Source: Eledone cirrhosa
Taxonomy: Eukaryota
Length of the DNA: 64,000 bases
Direction of reading: 5' to 3'
NCBI GenBank assembly: GCA_964016885.1
Contig: OZ024740.1
Location: 51,336,001 to 51,400,000 of the forward strand
Shown piece by piece: positions 24,851-38,702 of the stretch (positions within the stretch are counted from its first letter, which is position 1; each line of letters opens with the position of its first letter). The notes beneath the pieces are model-generated. The model made no database searches. It saw only the letters and a list, made by a program, of their open reading frames with translations, and was not told the DNA's origin. Position numbers and translations under genes: made by a program.

Positions 24851-26138
24851 CAGGGTGTGGACGATATTTGTTCACAATTTTCAACTGCTAATTTTATGCA
24901 AATTTTTTTTACTTCCGTTGTCACTCTTGTCTTCATAAAAACAGTGACTATATTTCCATTATTTATTTTCAGAATAATTGATTATGAATAATTTTGAACT
25001 TCCAAATTTGTTGAAGAGACACAGAGTTTTTCTTGGAATCTGCGCCGGGAGGACAAATAAGGAAATTTCAGGCTTTCTCAGCATCAGCAGGAGAATGATG
25101 GAAAAGGTCAGAAAGGAATTGGAAGATTCAGGATTCGACTACGAAGCAACATCAGAGAGGAAAACACATGATCGACGATCTGACGCCCTCAGAACACCCG
25201 AGTTCGTCGCTGAAGTTCAGGATATCATCAACAATGACCCTAGCAAGTCGATGCGTGCCATTGCAAGGGAGAAAGGCGTGGATGAAAAGCTCATTTGGCT
25301 GGTGGTACATGAAGACATTCGCTACGTTTCATACAAGATGAGGAAAGGACAATTTCTGTCAAAGGCGATGCAAGAAAAGCGACTGAAGCACGCAAAGAAG
25401 TTGATCAACAAGTTGAAACACCCACTGGAGCCAGACAAGCTGTGGTTTTTCTCCAATGAGAAAAACTTCTGCCAAGACCAGAAGATCAACTCCCAGAACA
25501 ACAGGTGGCTCACTGTCTCATCCAAAGATGCCCAGAGTCATGCAGACAAAGTTTCCAGCGACAACATTGGTCTTAGGTGTCGTCAGCAGTCAAGGTAACG
25601 TCATGCCACCTCACTTCTTCCCTGAGGGCCTCAAGCTGAACACCGATGGCTACATCCGCGTTCTGAGGGAGGTAGTAAAGCCCTGGATCGACCAGGTAGC
25701 TGCAGGTAGGCCGTACGTGTGGCAGCAAGACTCAGCGCCTTGCCATACTAGCCGAAAGACCCAGGCTGTCAGAGAACTTCGTCGACCACACTTCACCTGA
25801 CATCTAGCCTTCCAGCTCGCCTGACTGCAACCCCCTCGACTTCTTTGTGTGGGGCGCAGTGGAACAAGACACCAACAGATCTAGCTGCAATACAAAAGAC
25901 GATCTGAAGACCAGGATCACAAGTGCCTTTAGGGGGACAGTGACGAAGGCCTGTAGCCGGTTCCGAGGCCGCCTTGAGGCCGTCATCAAAGCCAATGGCG
26001 GGTTTATCGAGTGAGATCGAAAGAACAAGTCATGAAGACAAACTGACCTAAGTTTGATAAATATATCTTAAAAAATAAAACTACTGTGTTACTTTTTCCG
26101 AGACAGTAATCTTGCGAACAAATATCGTCCGCACTCTG
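24851..26138 (+). mobile_element. Full-length Tc1/mariner DNA transposon, probably DD37D (maT); transposase disrupted
   Basis: TA|cagggtgtggacgatatttgttcacaa ... ttgcgaacaaatatcgtccgcactctg|TA. Motifs WFFSNEKNF, WQQDSAPCH and SPDCNPLD; 37-residue spacing if a 4-nt deletion near 25765 is repaired. Confidence 0.92.
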
Positions 26139-26320
26139 TATATATGTATATATATTTATTTATATATATATATATATACATATATATGTGTGTGTGTGTG
26201 TTTGTATGTGTGTATAGGTATATATATATATATATAAATATATAGGTGTATAGGTATATATATATAACGTCATATTACTTCTTCAAAATAAGGATGACAG
26301 AATATATTTAGAAGGAGGAA

Positions 26321-26629
26321 AATGTGAAGTTGTAGATGTATTAATTGAGCTGTTATACATATTTCAATGACATCGATATTGTGATTTCATCAGACAGCAA
26401 AATTGAGTAAAAGGTAAAGTTTCTGAGGCAACTATGAGTGGAAGGGAGCGGACTAAAAAAATTTATGCTTTTGCTTTGGTTGTTCGCTCCCTCCCTTCCA
26501 CCCATAATTGCCTCAGAAACGTTACCTTTGACTTAATTTCGCTGTCTGATAAAATCACGATATCGATGTTATTGAAAAATGTATCACAGCTCAATTAATA
26601 AAGGACTTTTTAACATCTACAACTTCGCA
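26321..26629. repeat. Inverted repeat (~130-bp imperfect arms), each arm carrying a type I hammerhead motif
   Basis: Minus 26349-26398: gctgt-CTGATGA-stem II-GAAA-T-atgt-A-TA-acagc. Plus 26541-26590: gctgt-CTGATAA...GAAA...TC-acagc. Confidence 0.85.
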
Positions 26630-26679
<50 letters not shown>

Positions 26680-26689
26680 AGAGTGTGAT

Positions 26690-26861
26690 AAGATACCAGG
26701 TGGGCCATAACCCACCAAAGTACTTGATACTTGGGGGTAGTAGAGTGGGTAATATGAAAAGATTCAGGATCGTGATGGCTGAGCTCTGGCCGTTTTGACA
26801 GCTAGATCTAGCTGTCGAAACGGCCAGAGCTCAGCCGTTGGGGTCCTGAATCTTTTCATAT
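26690..26861. repeat. (TA)n-flanked element ending in a ~55-bp-arm palindrome with hammerhead 3'-half remnant; non-palindromic sibling at 50150-50281
   Basis: atatgaaaagattcagg...gacagctag|atctagctgtc-GAAACGGCC...cctgaatcttttcatat; shared accaggtggrccataacccacca. Confidence 0.85.
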
Positions 26862-27089
26862 ATATATGGTGACTGCAAACTCTGCTAAGAGTATTGCAAT
26901 CGCTTGTCAGATTACAGAAATTGGAGCACCTTTAGCCTACAGCCAGCCACACAAACCTGTAACATATCCTGAACAAGCAAAAGTTTTTTAAGTGGTGAAA
27001 GGCCTTGCACTTGACCAATCCCACTCTCTGAGCATCGCAAACACTACCTAAAAAGGAGAACTGGTCAATATCATCGGATGTTTCCCCAA

Positions 27090-27375
27090 GCCGCAGGTTT
27101 TTTCAGAATTTCCCTCTCTTAGAAAGGTGTTGTGAGAAGAACTGGGGACCTTTCACTCCCAGGTGAAAAAAAAGTACTATTTGGATGGTCGTTGACTCTG
27201 CTGAGTTCCTCCGCTCTTCGCCGGGTCTTGTATTTCATCCCGCAGGATGTCCAAATATCCCCCTCCTCACCAAGCAAGCTTGGTGAGGTTGCCAGTTTAG
27301 TTGCCGATGACCCGACCATGAGACAGGTTGTACTGGGTTACATGTTACCAGTAGCACTCAAGAGTGACCTGACAC
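27090..27375. repeat. Interspersed repeat shared with 38475-38615, possibly a LINE 5' UTR
   Basis: ccgcaggatgt...ccaagcaarcttggtgrggttgc...acaggttgtac..ggttac.tgttaycagtagc present at both sites. Confidence 0.6.
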
Positions 27376-27929
27376 ACACACATATATATAAAGTTTGATT
27401 GTAGTATTCACAAATAAATAAGGCATCTGTGTGATGTGGGAATTTCTTTGTTTACTATGTGATGTTCCCTTAAAATGTGACAAGTTGTAGTCAAACAGTA
27501 TGTACCAGTAGGGATAGTAATAAACTCTATTATGGTGAGGTTGTGTTGTACAAATGCAGTGACAGGGAACTGTGTTGTCTAGGACAAGAGGCAGATGATT
27601 AACTGTTAGAACCCAGGTCAGTCTATTTGGCTAGTTATTTTTGATAGTTAACAGATGGCCCAAGAATATCTTCTTCCTAGGAATAGTGCTGTAAATCCTA
27701 CCCTCAAGAGAATTTATCTATTGTCTTCTCTGCAAGGTCGCAGGTCACTTTTTGGTGGATGTGTCAGTAAGTGAAAAGATAAAACCATGGATAAACATTT
27801 CCTTTGCTACATAAATGTTTATAAAATTTTATCTGAATTAAGTAACCAGTTGATATAAAACCTAAGAAGTTTTAACACTGGAAAATGTGTACACAATGTT
27901 GGAAACTTTTTCCAACATGGCTACTCTAC

Positions 27930-30300
27930 ATGCTATATCCTGCATGTTTCTTGACAGGACTACATATACGTGCCCCTTGCACAAACAGAAGAAAAGACCG
28001 ATTTCCTCCTCCCCCTTCTTCTTCTCAAGGCCATGGGGGAAGAGCCCCCAACACTCCTTATAATGTGTCCTATCAGAAGCATGTCTCCAATTTACCTTGT
28101 TGATTCCCCTAGTGAAACCATCCAAGCTTATGGATATTATCCACCCATTTTGCTTGTGGTCTACCCCTGGGTCTTTTGCCAGTTGATTTTGTCTGTAAAA
28201 TCTGATGATAGCGAGCTTGGCTTTTACACCTACCTCCCTTTTTCTGTTGACAAAGTACTGAAGCTGACATATTATTGCATCAGCTCCAACAATTTTGCAT
28301 TTAATTCAGCCTTTTGACTTCCATCACTCACAAAAACAGCTCTAAGATATTTGAACTTCTCCACCTGCTTCAGTATAACTTCATTCACATGCAAAGTGCA
28401 CTGCGCTGGCTTTCTTAAGATGACAAATGTCTCAGTCTTCACAGAACTGATTTTCATTTCTGCTGTGTATCACTCAGCAACAAACCTATCCAGTGCATGT
28501 TGTAAATCATTTTCTGATGAGTTATGTGGCCCCATGTTGTCTGCAAATATCAGCCAACTGATCCTACACTGGTTGGTTTTGATATCACTGCAAACCTGGA
28601 TGTGCATGGCAATCCCATTCATGAAGATGATAGATTATGAACAGGAAAAGAGTTCATCACCCACATTGAATAGTTTCAACTTAGCACCATTTATCCAAAT
28701 ATAAATACTAAGGCATCCATACAGAGACTTCAAGGTTACAAGAAACTGTCCACCAGCGATTCCATATTCTTGCAGAACCTTCCACAACAAATGTATTCAT
28801 GTGCCTTTTTGAGGATTCATGAAACAAACATACACCTCTTGGTAATACTCCTACGATTTCTAGAAGACCTGCCGCAGAGTGAATATTTGGTCAGCTGGAC
28901 AAAACCACAATGTTCGTCAGCTAGCTTGGACTCAACAACATCCCCACATCTCTTTTCCAGACACTTTGCATGGACCTTACCAAGGAGGCTTAACAAGGAG
29001 ATTCCTTTATAATTAGAGCAATCCCTGTTGTCTAATTTTTCGAAAATTGGAATAGCCACTACAGATTGTCATTTTCTTTTTCTTTTGTGTGTACCTTTCC
29101 AAAACTCCAGGCTATGCGGTATTTGCATGAGTCAGCCAGAGAATACCTCTATTTAAGGCTTTTAATATCTCTTGCTGAATTTCATCCTCCCCAGAGGCCT
29201 TGCCACATTTGAGCTCTTCAAATACTCTGGTGACCTCAGCCTCTGTGAGGTTAGTCATCACCCCTAGATATACTTCATATACAATGTAAATGTTATGACT
29301 GGATTCAGGAGATAGCAAAGTATTTTCTCCACCGTATGAAGATGCATTTGTCTTCTGAGAGAAGAACCCTAGACAAGTTTCTGATAGGTATGAAGGGGGA
29401 CTTCTTATTACAAAGTTGACAGATTTTCTGCTGGAATACTTTATTTGCTGATCTAAAGTCGGTGTCCATGTCTTGACCTTGGACACTTTTACTGTCTCTG
29501 CTATGACTTTTTGCACCTTCTTATACCATGAGTGCAAGCTCACACCATTTAATGACTTAAGTGAAAACTAACAAGCTGAACACTCGCCATTCATTTCGAC
29601 ATCCTCAGATTGTTCAAGCAGTTCTCTGAATTTGGATGCAGTAGTATCTGTATACCTTATTCTGACCTCTTTATCAGCCAGAACTTCCCACTATTCTGTA
29701 GGTAGAGCTGGACTTCCCAGTTTTGTGGGTGTTCTTGATTTTAGGTAGTCTCAAGCTGCAGATATCTGGGTAGTGATCAGTTGACAGCTCAGCCTCTCTC
29801 TTAACTTGAACATCCAGCACAGAATTGAAGAGATTAGAGACATTAGCAAAATCTGTCCCCAATTCTCCTTATAACATGTATAATTATGGATATCTTTGTG
29901 CTCATAATAAAGAACCCATTACTAAAATAGAAATCTAACATTTAGATCAGGTTTTGAAGTCTCCCATTAGGATATATGACTCAGTCATAACTCCATCATC
30001 TTATGCTGCAATGACTTCATCAAGGAAGGATCCGTATTCAGACACTCTGGCATTTAAACTTGCACCGTCTACCTTTCTGCCCCACTTCCAATGGGATCAA
30101 TTCCATTACATATTCCGACAGCCTGTACACTCATTTCTGGCAACTCATCTGAATAATAGATTTTCCACCCATTAATCCAAATCTACAATTCCAGAGCCAT
30201 GAAACTTTGCTAGAGAAACCCGACTTTATCTAGCTGGTAACATTTGGCCACCTTATCTGCAAGGGTTGTGACATTCCAGTTACCAATTCTTAACATTGTT
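27930..30300 (-). mobile_element. Degenerate RTE (Expander/Rex3-like) LINE with EN and RT traces
   Basis: LSTDHY, GKASGEDEI, NYKGISLLSLLGKVHAKCLE, KTETFVI, QVEKFKYL. Confidence 0.8.
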
Positions 30301-32259
30301 GTTGCCTTCTAGACCCACTTTGGGTTCGCAGGATATGCAACTTTTGTGCATCCATCCCAGGGTTCCACGGACATGTTGCAAGCCCATTACCAATTTTTTC
30401 AGCATTAGATGGAGACTGCAATATATTTTTTGAACAGGCCCCTCTACCTAATGCGTCCCTTGTTACCCTTCACAAAAGACAATGTGGTATGAATACTTTT
30501 ATTTCCTTTAACCATTCGTCAATTTTTGATGGTGTTATTCGCACCAGTCACCAATTTCGTAATTTTTTCAAATCCGTCAAGACTAGGCGTTTTTTAGAAA
30601 CGGCCTTTATTCACCTTGTAACTAAATCATTGAGTCATGTGAGTTTTCCTGAGAGCCAATAGTATCACCTATTGCCTTGTCTTCCCTTGTAGTTTACTTA
30701 TTCGTCTGGTAGGAACCCACTTATATTGCAACTAAGCACCACATCTAGTGGGCTTATTGCTATCTGCCACATGCAACCCAATCTCTACCAGAACTACTAT
30801 GCCAAGAGTCAATTATTTATATTGAGAATGATTTTCATTGCACAAGTCATTTGAAATAAAGTGTTGTCATAGTAATTTGTATCAGGAAGTATATCATTTT
30901 CATTCTTTTTTAATAGTACCACTTTCACTCAATGATCATTCAAATTTTTTATACGTTGTTTTCCATTTATTGCGTTGTAGTTTAACACTATTATTACAAT
31001 TAACAATAGTATTACATGAACTTCATTGGATAATGAATACAAATGTACCACACTGCTAAGAAGTTTTCTTTGTAAACATAGTTCAGGGCGTGTTGAATGT
31101 TGATAAGTGTTTCATGAGTAATTTTGATCAGGGAAAATGTGTAAAAGTCTGTTTGTGTGTGCATGTGAATATGTGTACGCTTGAGTGTGCACTCTTGTCT
31201 GATTGTGAGTATGTGTGTGTGAAATATAGTTAAGGCTATTTCGCAGTTGACAATAATAACATTGTGTGTGTGTGCGTGTGTGCATGCAAACGTTAAGTTC
31301 ATAGCAGTTATTGAATCACATTTGATACTGAAATGGAATATTTCTTTTTTTAGCAGGCAAACACTCAGCTGTTAATATTTTTCCTGGTGACTGGTAGATA
31401 GATTTCTTTGCCTGAACTTATTTTTTATCATGGTCTTTTTCCATTGTGAAGATCAGCGTCTTAAGTTCAGTCATTACAATCGCATCTCATATCTTCCTGG
31501 GTTTGCCTCTTCCCTGAGTCCCAACCACTTAAATTTCTCCACATGTAAACTAAAGAGCAATCAATATGTTAATGCATTTGAATGTATGTTTGTGTATGTG
31601 CATATATTTAAATGTGTCAGTCAATTTGTGTAGCATGGATGTTGTTATACTAGTCATTCAGAGCAACCTTCTTCATTGCATGTTTGGTAACCTAAGTAAC
31701 AAATGCTATCAACTTCTTCTATGGACTATTCCAGGTATTGGAGAAAGTTTATTACATTTGGTCTCTTACTACTTCCATGCATACAAAGTCTATCTTTTCT
31801 GTTAGCCTAGCTACAATCCCACTGCATTTCTTGGGTAAATATGTTAGCGAAGTTGGTGTAGCAAATATATATTTTTGGTTGTTTGTTGTTGGCTTGCTGG
31901 GTGATTATGAATACAGTAAAATTGTCCCATATATAAGTTCTGTGTCAAATTACTGCTACACATACTCCTTTTTGACTTATTGAGCATAGCCATTTACCTG
32001 GAGGAACTAAGGTCCTATCTTTCCTACTTAATAAAACTTTAGCCTTTGTTAGGTTTACTCAGAGTCCTTTTGATTCTGAGTTCGGTTTCTGCAGTAGGAA
32101 TTTCTTATCAAGCACTTCCACAGATTCTGTAATAAGAACCAGGTTGTCAGCATACAAAAGTTCTCATTATGGCCAGGAGAACTATAATAAACAGGAGGAG
32201 GTGAGGACTGAGTCATGATGGACACCTGCCTACACACAAAATTCCTCACTAAACTCATT

Positions 32260-33230
32260 ACCTAGCCTCACTTTGCTAAATACATCTGCGTGCATGGCTG
32301 CTCTCTCTCGCTACTCATTTACCCTAATTTCCTTAAAGGCAACCAGATAACAGATCGAGGAACTGTCAAAGGCTTTTTCCAGCTCAACAAAAGCTAGATA
32401 TAGAGGCTTACACTTGGCTATGAACTTCTAGGAAGAAAGTATGTGTTGTTTTTTTTCCTGGCACAAAAACTAGACTGTGTCTTAGTTGACTCTTTTCCTA
32501 ATTAGTTCTGCTATAACTTTTTCTATTACTTTCATAACTTGGTCCATCAGTTTTATGCCTCAATAGTCGCTTCTTTCCAGAACATCACCTTTTTCCTTGT
32601 ATCAACTTATGATTATACTGTTATGCCAGTTATTGGGTATAACACTATCATGTATTATTTGATTGACTATGGGCGGTGGATTGGCAGTATCAGTAGAGGG
32701 TCGGACGCCATGCTTTCCAGCATAGTTACGCCCCTTTACGATCTGAGTTCAAATCCCGCCGAGGTTGACTTTGCCTTTCATCCTTACGGGGTCGATAAAA
32801 TAAAGTACCAGTAATGCACTGGGTAATTGCTGGCCTTGTGCCTAAAGTAGAAACAATTATTTGATTGACTATACAAGTGACTATCTCAACTCCTACTTCA
32901 CCAGATGATTTCAACATCACAGTGACTATCTCAGGAAATTCAACTGCTTTTCTATTTTTTATTTCCTTGCTTGTTTCTTTGACACTGTAACCATCAAATT
33001 TGACAGCCGATCCCTTTGTTGGGTCTACTGGAGATAGACCCTCTTCTTTCTACTCATTTTCCAGATTCACCAGCCTCTCATAACAATTCTAAGCCTTCTG
33101 AGCATAAGTAAGGCTAAGTGTACTTGAGTCATTCTGAACATACATGTTTCAAATAAGATCCTGGTTCACACTGGTACAATGCTTTATGTAGAATGCCTCA
33201 TGCCTCTCATCACGTATCATTAACAAACAT
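32260..33230 (-). mobile_element. Degenerate RTE fragment carrying a SINE insertion
   Basis: Traces of FVELEKAFDSS and MLKSSGEVGVEIVTCIVNQII. Confidence 0.65.
32671..32860 (+). mobile_element. Full-length SINE with 17-bp TSD
   Basis: attatttgattgactat at 32654-32670 and 32856-32872; GGGCGGTGGATTGGCAGTATC start and B box. Confidence 0.93.
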
Positions 33231-33269
33231 CCTGCTTTCATCTAGTTTACATGCTATATGAAGAATTGG

Positions 33270-34010
33270 GCTCAGTACTTGATTGGTACTTTATTTATTG
33301 ACCTCAAAATGATGAAAGGCAAAGCTGACCTCGGTGGATTTGGAACTCAGAGAGCCGAAACGAACAACTCAAAGCATTCTATCCAACGTTCTAACAACTT
33401 TATCAATTTCTCGCCTATGAGTAACATATATAGATATTATTGTACTGAGGTGTATTATTTAATCAATTATATATATCCAGTCTGTTTGAACATTGATTGG
33501 GTGGTCAGTCAGTTAGTGCATTCAGAGATAATTAATTGTGGGTTGAAAGAAGAGCATACAAACTGGCCGAAGTGGCAGGTGAATAGTGGGAAAAAGAGAG
33601 AGCATGCACAGAGAGAGAGGGAAAAGGTAATTGTCGTTTGCGGACAAAACAGCGAATACCTATAAAATTTCTTTCCACTCTTTGTTCATTGATGAATAGA
33701 GTAAATTCCCATGAAAATATATATTCCTTTTCTGAAATTCTTTTCTGTCCTTTTTCTAAAATCATTGTTTTATTTAACATTTTATTCGTTGGGTTTGATC
33801 ATGAGCAATATATTGATTTCTAATATAGAGACAAGTCCAGCAGTTTGGGTAGAAAAGGAAAGTTAATTATATTGCCCCTGGTACTTCACTGGCACTTTAT
33901 TTTGTCGACTTCAGGAGGATGAAAGATAAAGTTGACTTTGGTAGAATTTGAACTCAGAACATCAAAGGCCTGGAACAAATACTGCTAAGTATTTGTCTGA
34001 CGCTCTGTCA
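33270..34010 (-). mobile_element. Two older SINE copies (33270-33415, 33825-34010); further diverged copies at 41700-41900 and 43130-43550
   Basis: Degenerate ggtactttatttatygac...gatgaaagrcaaag...tttgaactcag. Confidence 0.7.
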
Positions 34011-34295
34011 ACTTTACTCACTACCTATGCACCGCCCTCAAGTATGAGAATATGATGAATTATTTTTTAGTCAAATACAGATATAATGAATTTGTTGATT
34101 CATTTTTATTAATATATTTATATATCATAATTATATATAAAATACATTATGTATTTAATTAACTTTTGTTACTCACAATGGAAAATGTATACTTCCAAAT
34201 TTACCTCTCATATGATGAGTAACACTCTGGTAAATCATAATTGGTATGAAATATTTCTGTCGCTTTTTTTTGTCTTTTTTTAAATCCTGTATCAG

Positions 34296-34386
34296 AAAAC
34301 GCCGTGATCAATCCGTAAAATTCCCAGAGACATGCAATGAATCATCATGGTCATATGCAAATTCCGCATTTTCAGGAGAATCTGCT
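34296..34386 (+). CDS. Cytoplasmic-tail exon of the mucin-like gene (R-KRRDQSVKFPETCNESSWSYANSAFSGESA)
   Basis: Polypyrimidine tract + cag| acceptor in phase 2 continuing YKR-KRR after the TM; open 91 nt; GCT|gtaagt donor in phase 0. Confidence 0.8.
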
Positions 34387-34999
34387 GTAAGTATATTTTC
34401 CTTTTTGTAATAGAAAACCTAATGACTATTAGAGTCATAGCTCACCGAATCAGTGTATGGGCACAGGAATGCCCATGTAGCTTTGGGTTTGATTCCATTG
34501 TGCAGCTCACAGTATATATATGTGTGTGTGTGTATGTGTTTAGTTATGTGTGTAACATCAATTACAGGTGGTGCACCAGTTTGAGCAGTCGATGCTATTA
34601 CAAGGGTCTAGTTATCATAGTGGGCTTTTACACCCGTATTATCAACGATTATTAGCAGCTGCAACATGCAGTTTCAATGTATATATATATGCATATAAAT
34701 ATATATATATCATCATCATGATCCTCATCATCATCTTTTTTTACATCCACTTTGCCATGCTTGTATACATATATTGGTTGTCTGCTCTGTATAAAGCTTG
34801 AACTCTTTAGTGTACATGATGCTCAGTTCTGGCATGAAATCTTATGTGGCTTTTTAGACCAGACGTACTTTTAAAAAGCCATCCACATAAATTGCACATT
34901 AGTTTTGGAGCTGCTTGAACTGCCTATGTATCTTGATGAACTTTGAAATGTTTCTTTAGACTTCCTTGAGATTTACAGATCTTGTGGCATATGTTGAAT

Positions 35000-37900
35000 T
35001 GATATGGAGGAACTGGTTTGTATGTTTTATTATCAGTAGGAAGTACCCTATTGTGTGCTCTTATGTGAGATTGAAATCTAACCTCTGACAGGCAGATTTT
35101 GCCATAAACTGTACAAGTAGAAAAAGTTCCATTAATTTCATATTCCCTTACTGGTTATTTTTTCTTATATTCCTCTGAATATTTGCTTGTATTAGTTTGT
35201 TTTTCTCAAAAGTTTTCACACCATCCCATATTTTTGAATGCCAGGTAGAGCGATTCACTACAAGACTTTCCAGGTTTCTGGGGTCAATTCCTACAGTCTT
35301 CATGTTTTCCTCCAATGCATCTTTGAACCTTTTCTTTGACTTACTCTGTTTCTTTTCCCCTAAGCAAGTTCCCCATAAAATAGTTACTCAGGGATACACA
35401 CATCAGCCACGTGGACAATATATCCAGACTACTGTAGTTGGTCTTTCAAAATTATTGCTTGGATAGAACAAATACCAGATGCAGCTAAAACATCAGTCAG
35501 AAGTGACGTGAATGAATTCCATTTTATTTTCAGAATTTGGCAAAGCATTTTTGATTAAATCATTCCAGGAGTCTAAAGTGATATTTGTAGCACATCCAAT
35601 TTTCAGAAGAATACAGAAGAGAGGATAATACAAAGAATCTATAAACAGATATTTTTGTTTCATTCTTGATATGTCTTTGTAACTAAACCTGATACTCTAA
35701 ACTAACAAAAGATTTTGATGCCTTTTGAATCCTTAGAGATATTTCTGAATCCAATGTTCCATCTTTATTCACTACACTCCCAAGGTATATGAAGGATTCA
35801 ACAATCTTAAGAAGATTACCATCCTGTACCGTGCTCTAAAACTATGGTTCTGCTGTGAGATGGGCTGGACTCCAAAACATTGTGAGACGGGTTTAGCGCA
35901 GCCAACTCGCCTGTCCCTCCTCATAATGGAACCAGTTCCACACTGTAAATGTGGTTGGTGTTAGGAAGGGCATCCAGTTGTAAAAATCCTGGCCAAATTT
36001 ACAGACCTCGCTGGAGCAAGGTGCGACAAGGTCAACTCAGGCCACACTTGCCCCCTGGCATGGATGACCCAGCTAACCCATGCAAGCATGGAAAATGGTG
36101 ATGATGATGATGATATATTTTAGGTTGTTGCACTACTTGTCCAGGTGCAGGTTAACACAAAACTACAGTTTCTTTAAATTTATAGCTAAGCCAAAGATAT
36201 CACCTGCTGAATAATCAAATGCAGAAATCAACAATTGCAATCAATGCTCAGTATGACTGACAAGGTCACAGTTATCAGCATACAGTAGGTCCCTTATTAG
36301 TGAGGTGAACACTTTGCTCTTAAATTTCATCCTTGCTAAATTAAAGACATTTCCTTTGGTATGATATCTTACATATACTCCTTCATTGTTGTTTAGGAAA
36401 GCATGACAGCAAACCATATTGCAAAGAGTGTAGGTGCATCAAAGTTTCCTTGTTTCACACCATTTTCCACTGCAAAAGGCTCAGAGTCTACTTCCATAGT
36501 TAACTCTGGCTTTCATGGCTTTATGAAGAACTTTCAATATATTTACACACATTAGAGGACATCCAAATTTAGACAAAACCAACCATAATATATTCCTATT
36601 GACAGTTTTAAATGCCTTACTGAGATTGACAAAACAATGGTAGAGAGTGAGGTTCTGTTCAATACATTTTTCCTGCAGTTGTCTGATTGTAAAAATCATA
36701 TCACTAGTGTCTCTTTTCACTTAGAAATCACATTGTGATTCATATGTGACTCTAGGCTCTATGAACTTATTAAGCCATTCCAAAAGGACAAATGCTAGAA
36801 GCTTACCAACAACAGACAATAGGGAAATACTCATAAAATTACCACATTAGTCTTTGGTGCCAGATTTGAAAAGGAAGACCAAGATAATACCAACCCTGTC
36901 TTGTGGAACTTCCTTTTTCTCCCAACAATAGTGTATTACCGCATGTAAATCTTCTACTATTTTTTTGTCTCCATGCCTGAGAACCTCAGCATTAGTACCA
37001 TCCAGGCCAAGAGATTCATTGCTATTTAATTTCTGTACAGCAAAAGCAATGTCATTTCTAGTTGGTTTTGATGCCATTTCATCTACAATCGAACAGATTT
37101 TATGTTGACATTAGAGGGCCTGTTATGGAGCTCAGAGAAATGTTCTACCTGGCAGTTCTGAATGGAGACAGTATCAGATAAGAATGACTGACCATCTGTG
37201 GTTTTTACTGATGCTATTGAAGAGGATTATGGACCATGCACGTCTTTAATGTAGGAGAAAATGCCTTGGTGTCCTTGCGATCTACTGCATTTTGTGTTCA
37301 CATGGCTTTGTCTTGCTGGCATTTGCTACTTAATATTTCTCAAAGCATTTTGCACTTTTTTTTTAGTTGCTTATCAGAGTTATTACAATTAGGAATGATT
37401 TTGAAAGAAGATTTTGTTTGTCCCTAAGTAAGTCACTTATTTCAGGGTTGTTATCTGTAACCCAGTCATTAGATCTCTTTGATCGCATACCTACTGATGC
37501 AAATGCTGCCTGGAAGACTCTTATTTTAAAATCTTCCCTAAGATTGCTCAGGTCAAGTGTGATATTATTTAATGCATAGCAAAAATTGTGGATAGCATTG
37601 AAAGACTCGAAATTTGTCCCGTTAAGATTCTTTAGTACTTTGGTTCCAGTGTGTCTAGCTTTTGGTGTTATAGTTAGATTGAGTTTGGCCTTGACTAGTC
37701 GATGATCAGTCCAGCACACTGTTTCTCTCATTGGGTGCATCCAAGTTCTTATATTTGTTTTTCTGCTGAAAGAAAGTGTTTGTTATTACAAGTCGATGTT
37801 CAGTGCAAAAAGTAAGGAGTAAAACACCATTTCAATTGCACTTTCCTACACCATATCAACCTAAGGCAGGCCATGTTATGAAATAAGATCCAACCCTGAA

Positions 37901-38340
37901 GTTAAAGTCGGCCATAATTATCAGCTTATCAGCAGCTGGTACATTTCTCACTAATTCTCCAAGTTCATTGTAGAATTGTTCAATGGATTTTTTCTAGGTG
38001 TGACATTGTGGAAGTGTAAACAGTTGTTATTGTGAGATATCTTCCTCTTTTTCAAATGCCGATGACATGATATATGTTTTTGAGGAACCACTGGGATAAT
38101 TCTTAAAAGATGAGATAAGAAAGTTTCTAACAGCTAAGCTAACACCTGATTCCCTCCCTTGACCTTCTGCTGCACCTTTCCAAAAGAAAGAGTAACTAAA
38201 TCCACTTTCATTGAGCAGACCATCTGCATATAGGCGTGTCTCAAAGGGAGTCACTGTATTGAATAAATATTTTTTCAATTCATGAGCAGCAATCAATGCA
38301 ATTTGTCTCTCTGATCTTATTCATCCACTGGACTGTGCAT
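35000..38340 (-). mobile_element. Degenerate near-full-length RTE/BovB-like LINE, interrupted at ~35820-36115 by a plus-strand RTE 3' piece
   Basis: ETRL..G.L.E, WTDHRLV, SLGLDGTNAE, DMIFTIRQLQEKCIEQ, FVNLSKAF, LLYADN. Confidence 0.82.
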
Positions 38341-38702
38341 AGTGTTTTTAATTTTTTTTTACCACAGTAGTAGGATGTATATATACATACACACACAATA
38401 GGTAAATATGTACATACTAATGAATGGCTGTTGACTCATATAAGTTCTTCCACCCTTTGACAGCTTTTGCTTTTTGTCCCGCAGGATGTTCAATAATCAC
38501 CCTCCTTGCCAAGCAAACTTGGTGGGGTTGCTGATTTAGTTGCCAATGACCCGAATATGCAACAGGTTGTACAGGGTTACTTGTTATCAGTAGCTCTCAG
38601 GAGTCACTTAACATAAGCATTCATACATACATATACACAAAACCAAAAAGATTCTAATTTCTATTAGAAAATATCTACTTTAGACTGAAAAATTTTATAC
38701 AG

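Noticed and set aside
21130-24991. Many YIYI/CVCV/HTHT ORFs
   Set aside because: Translations of dinucleotide microsatellites.
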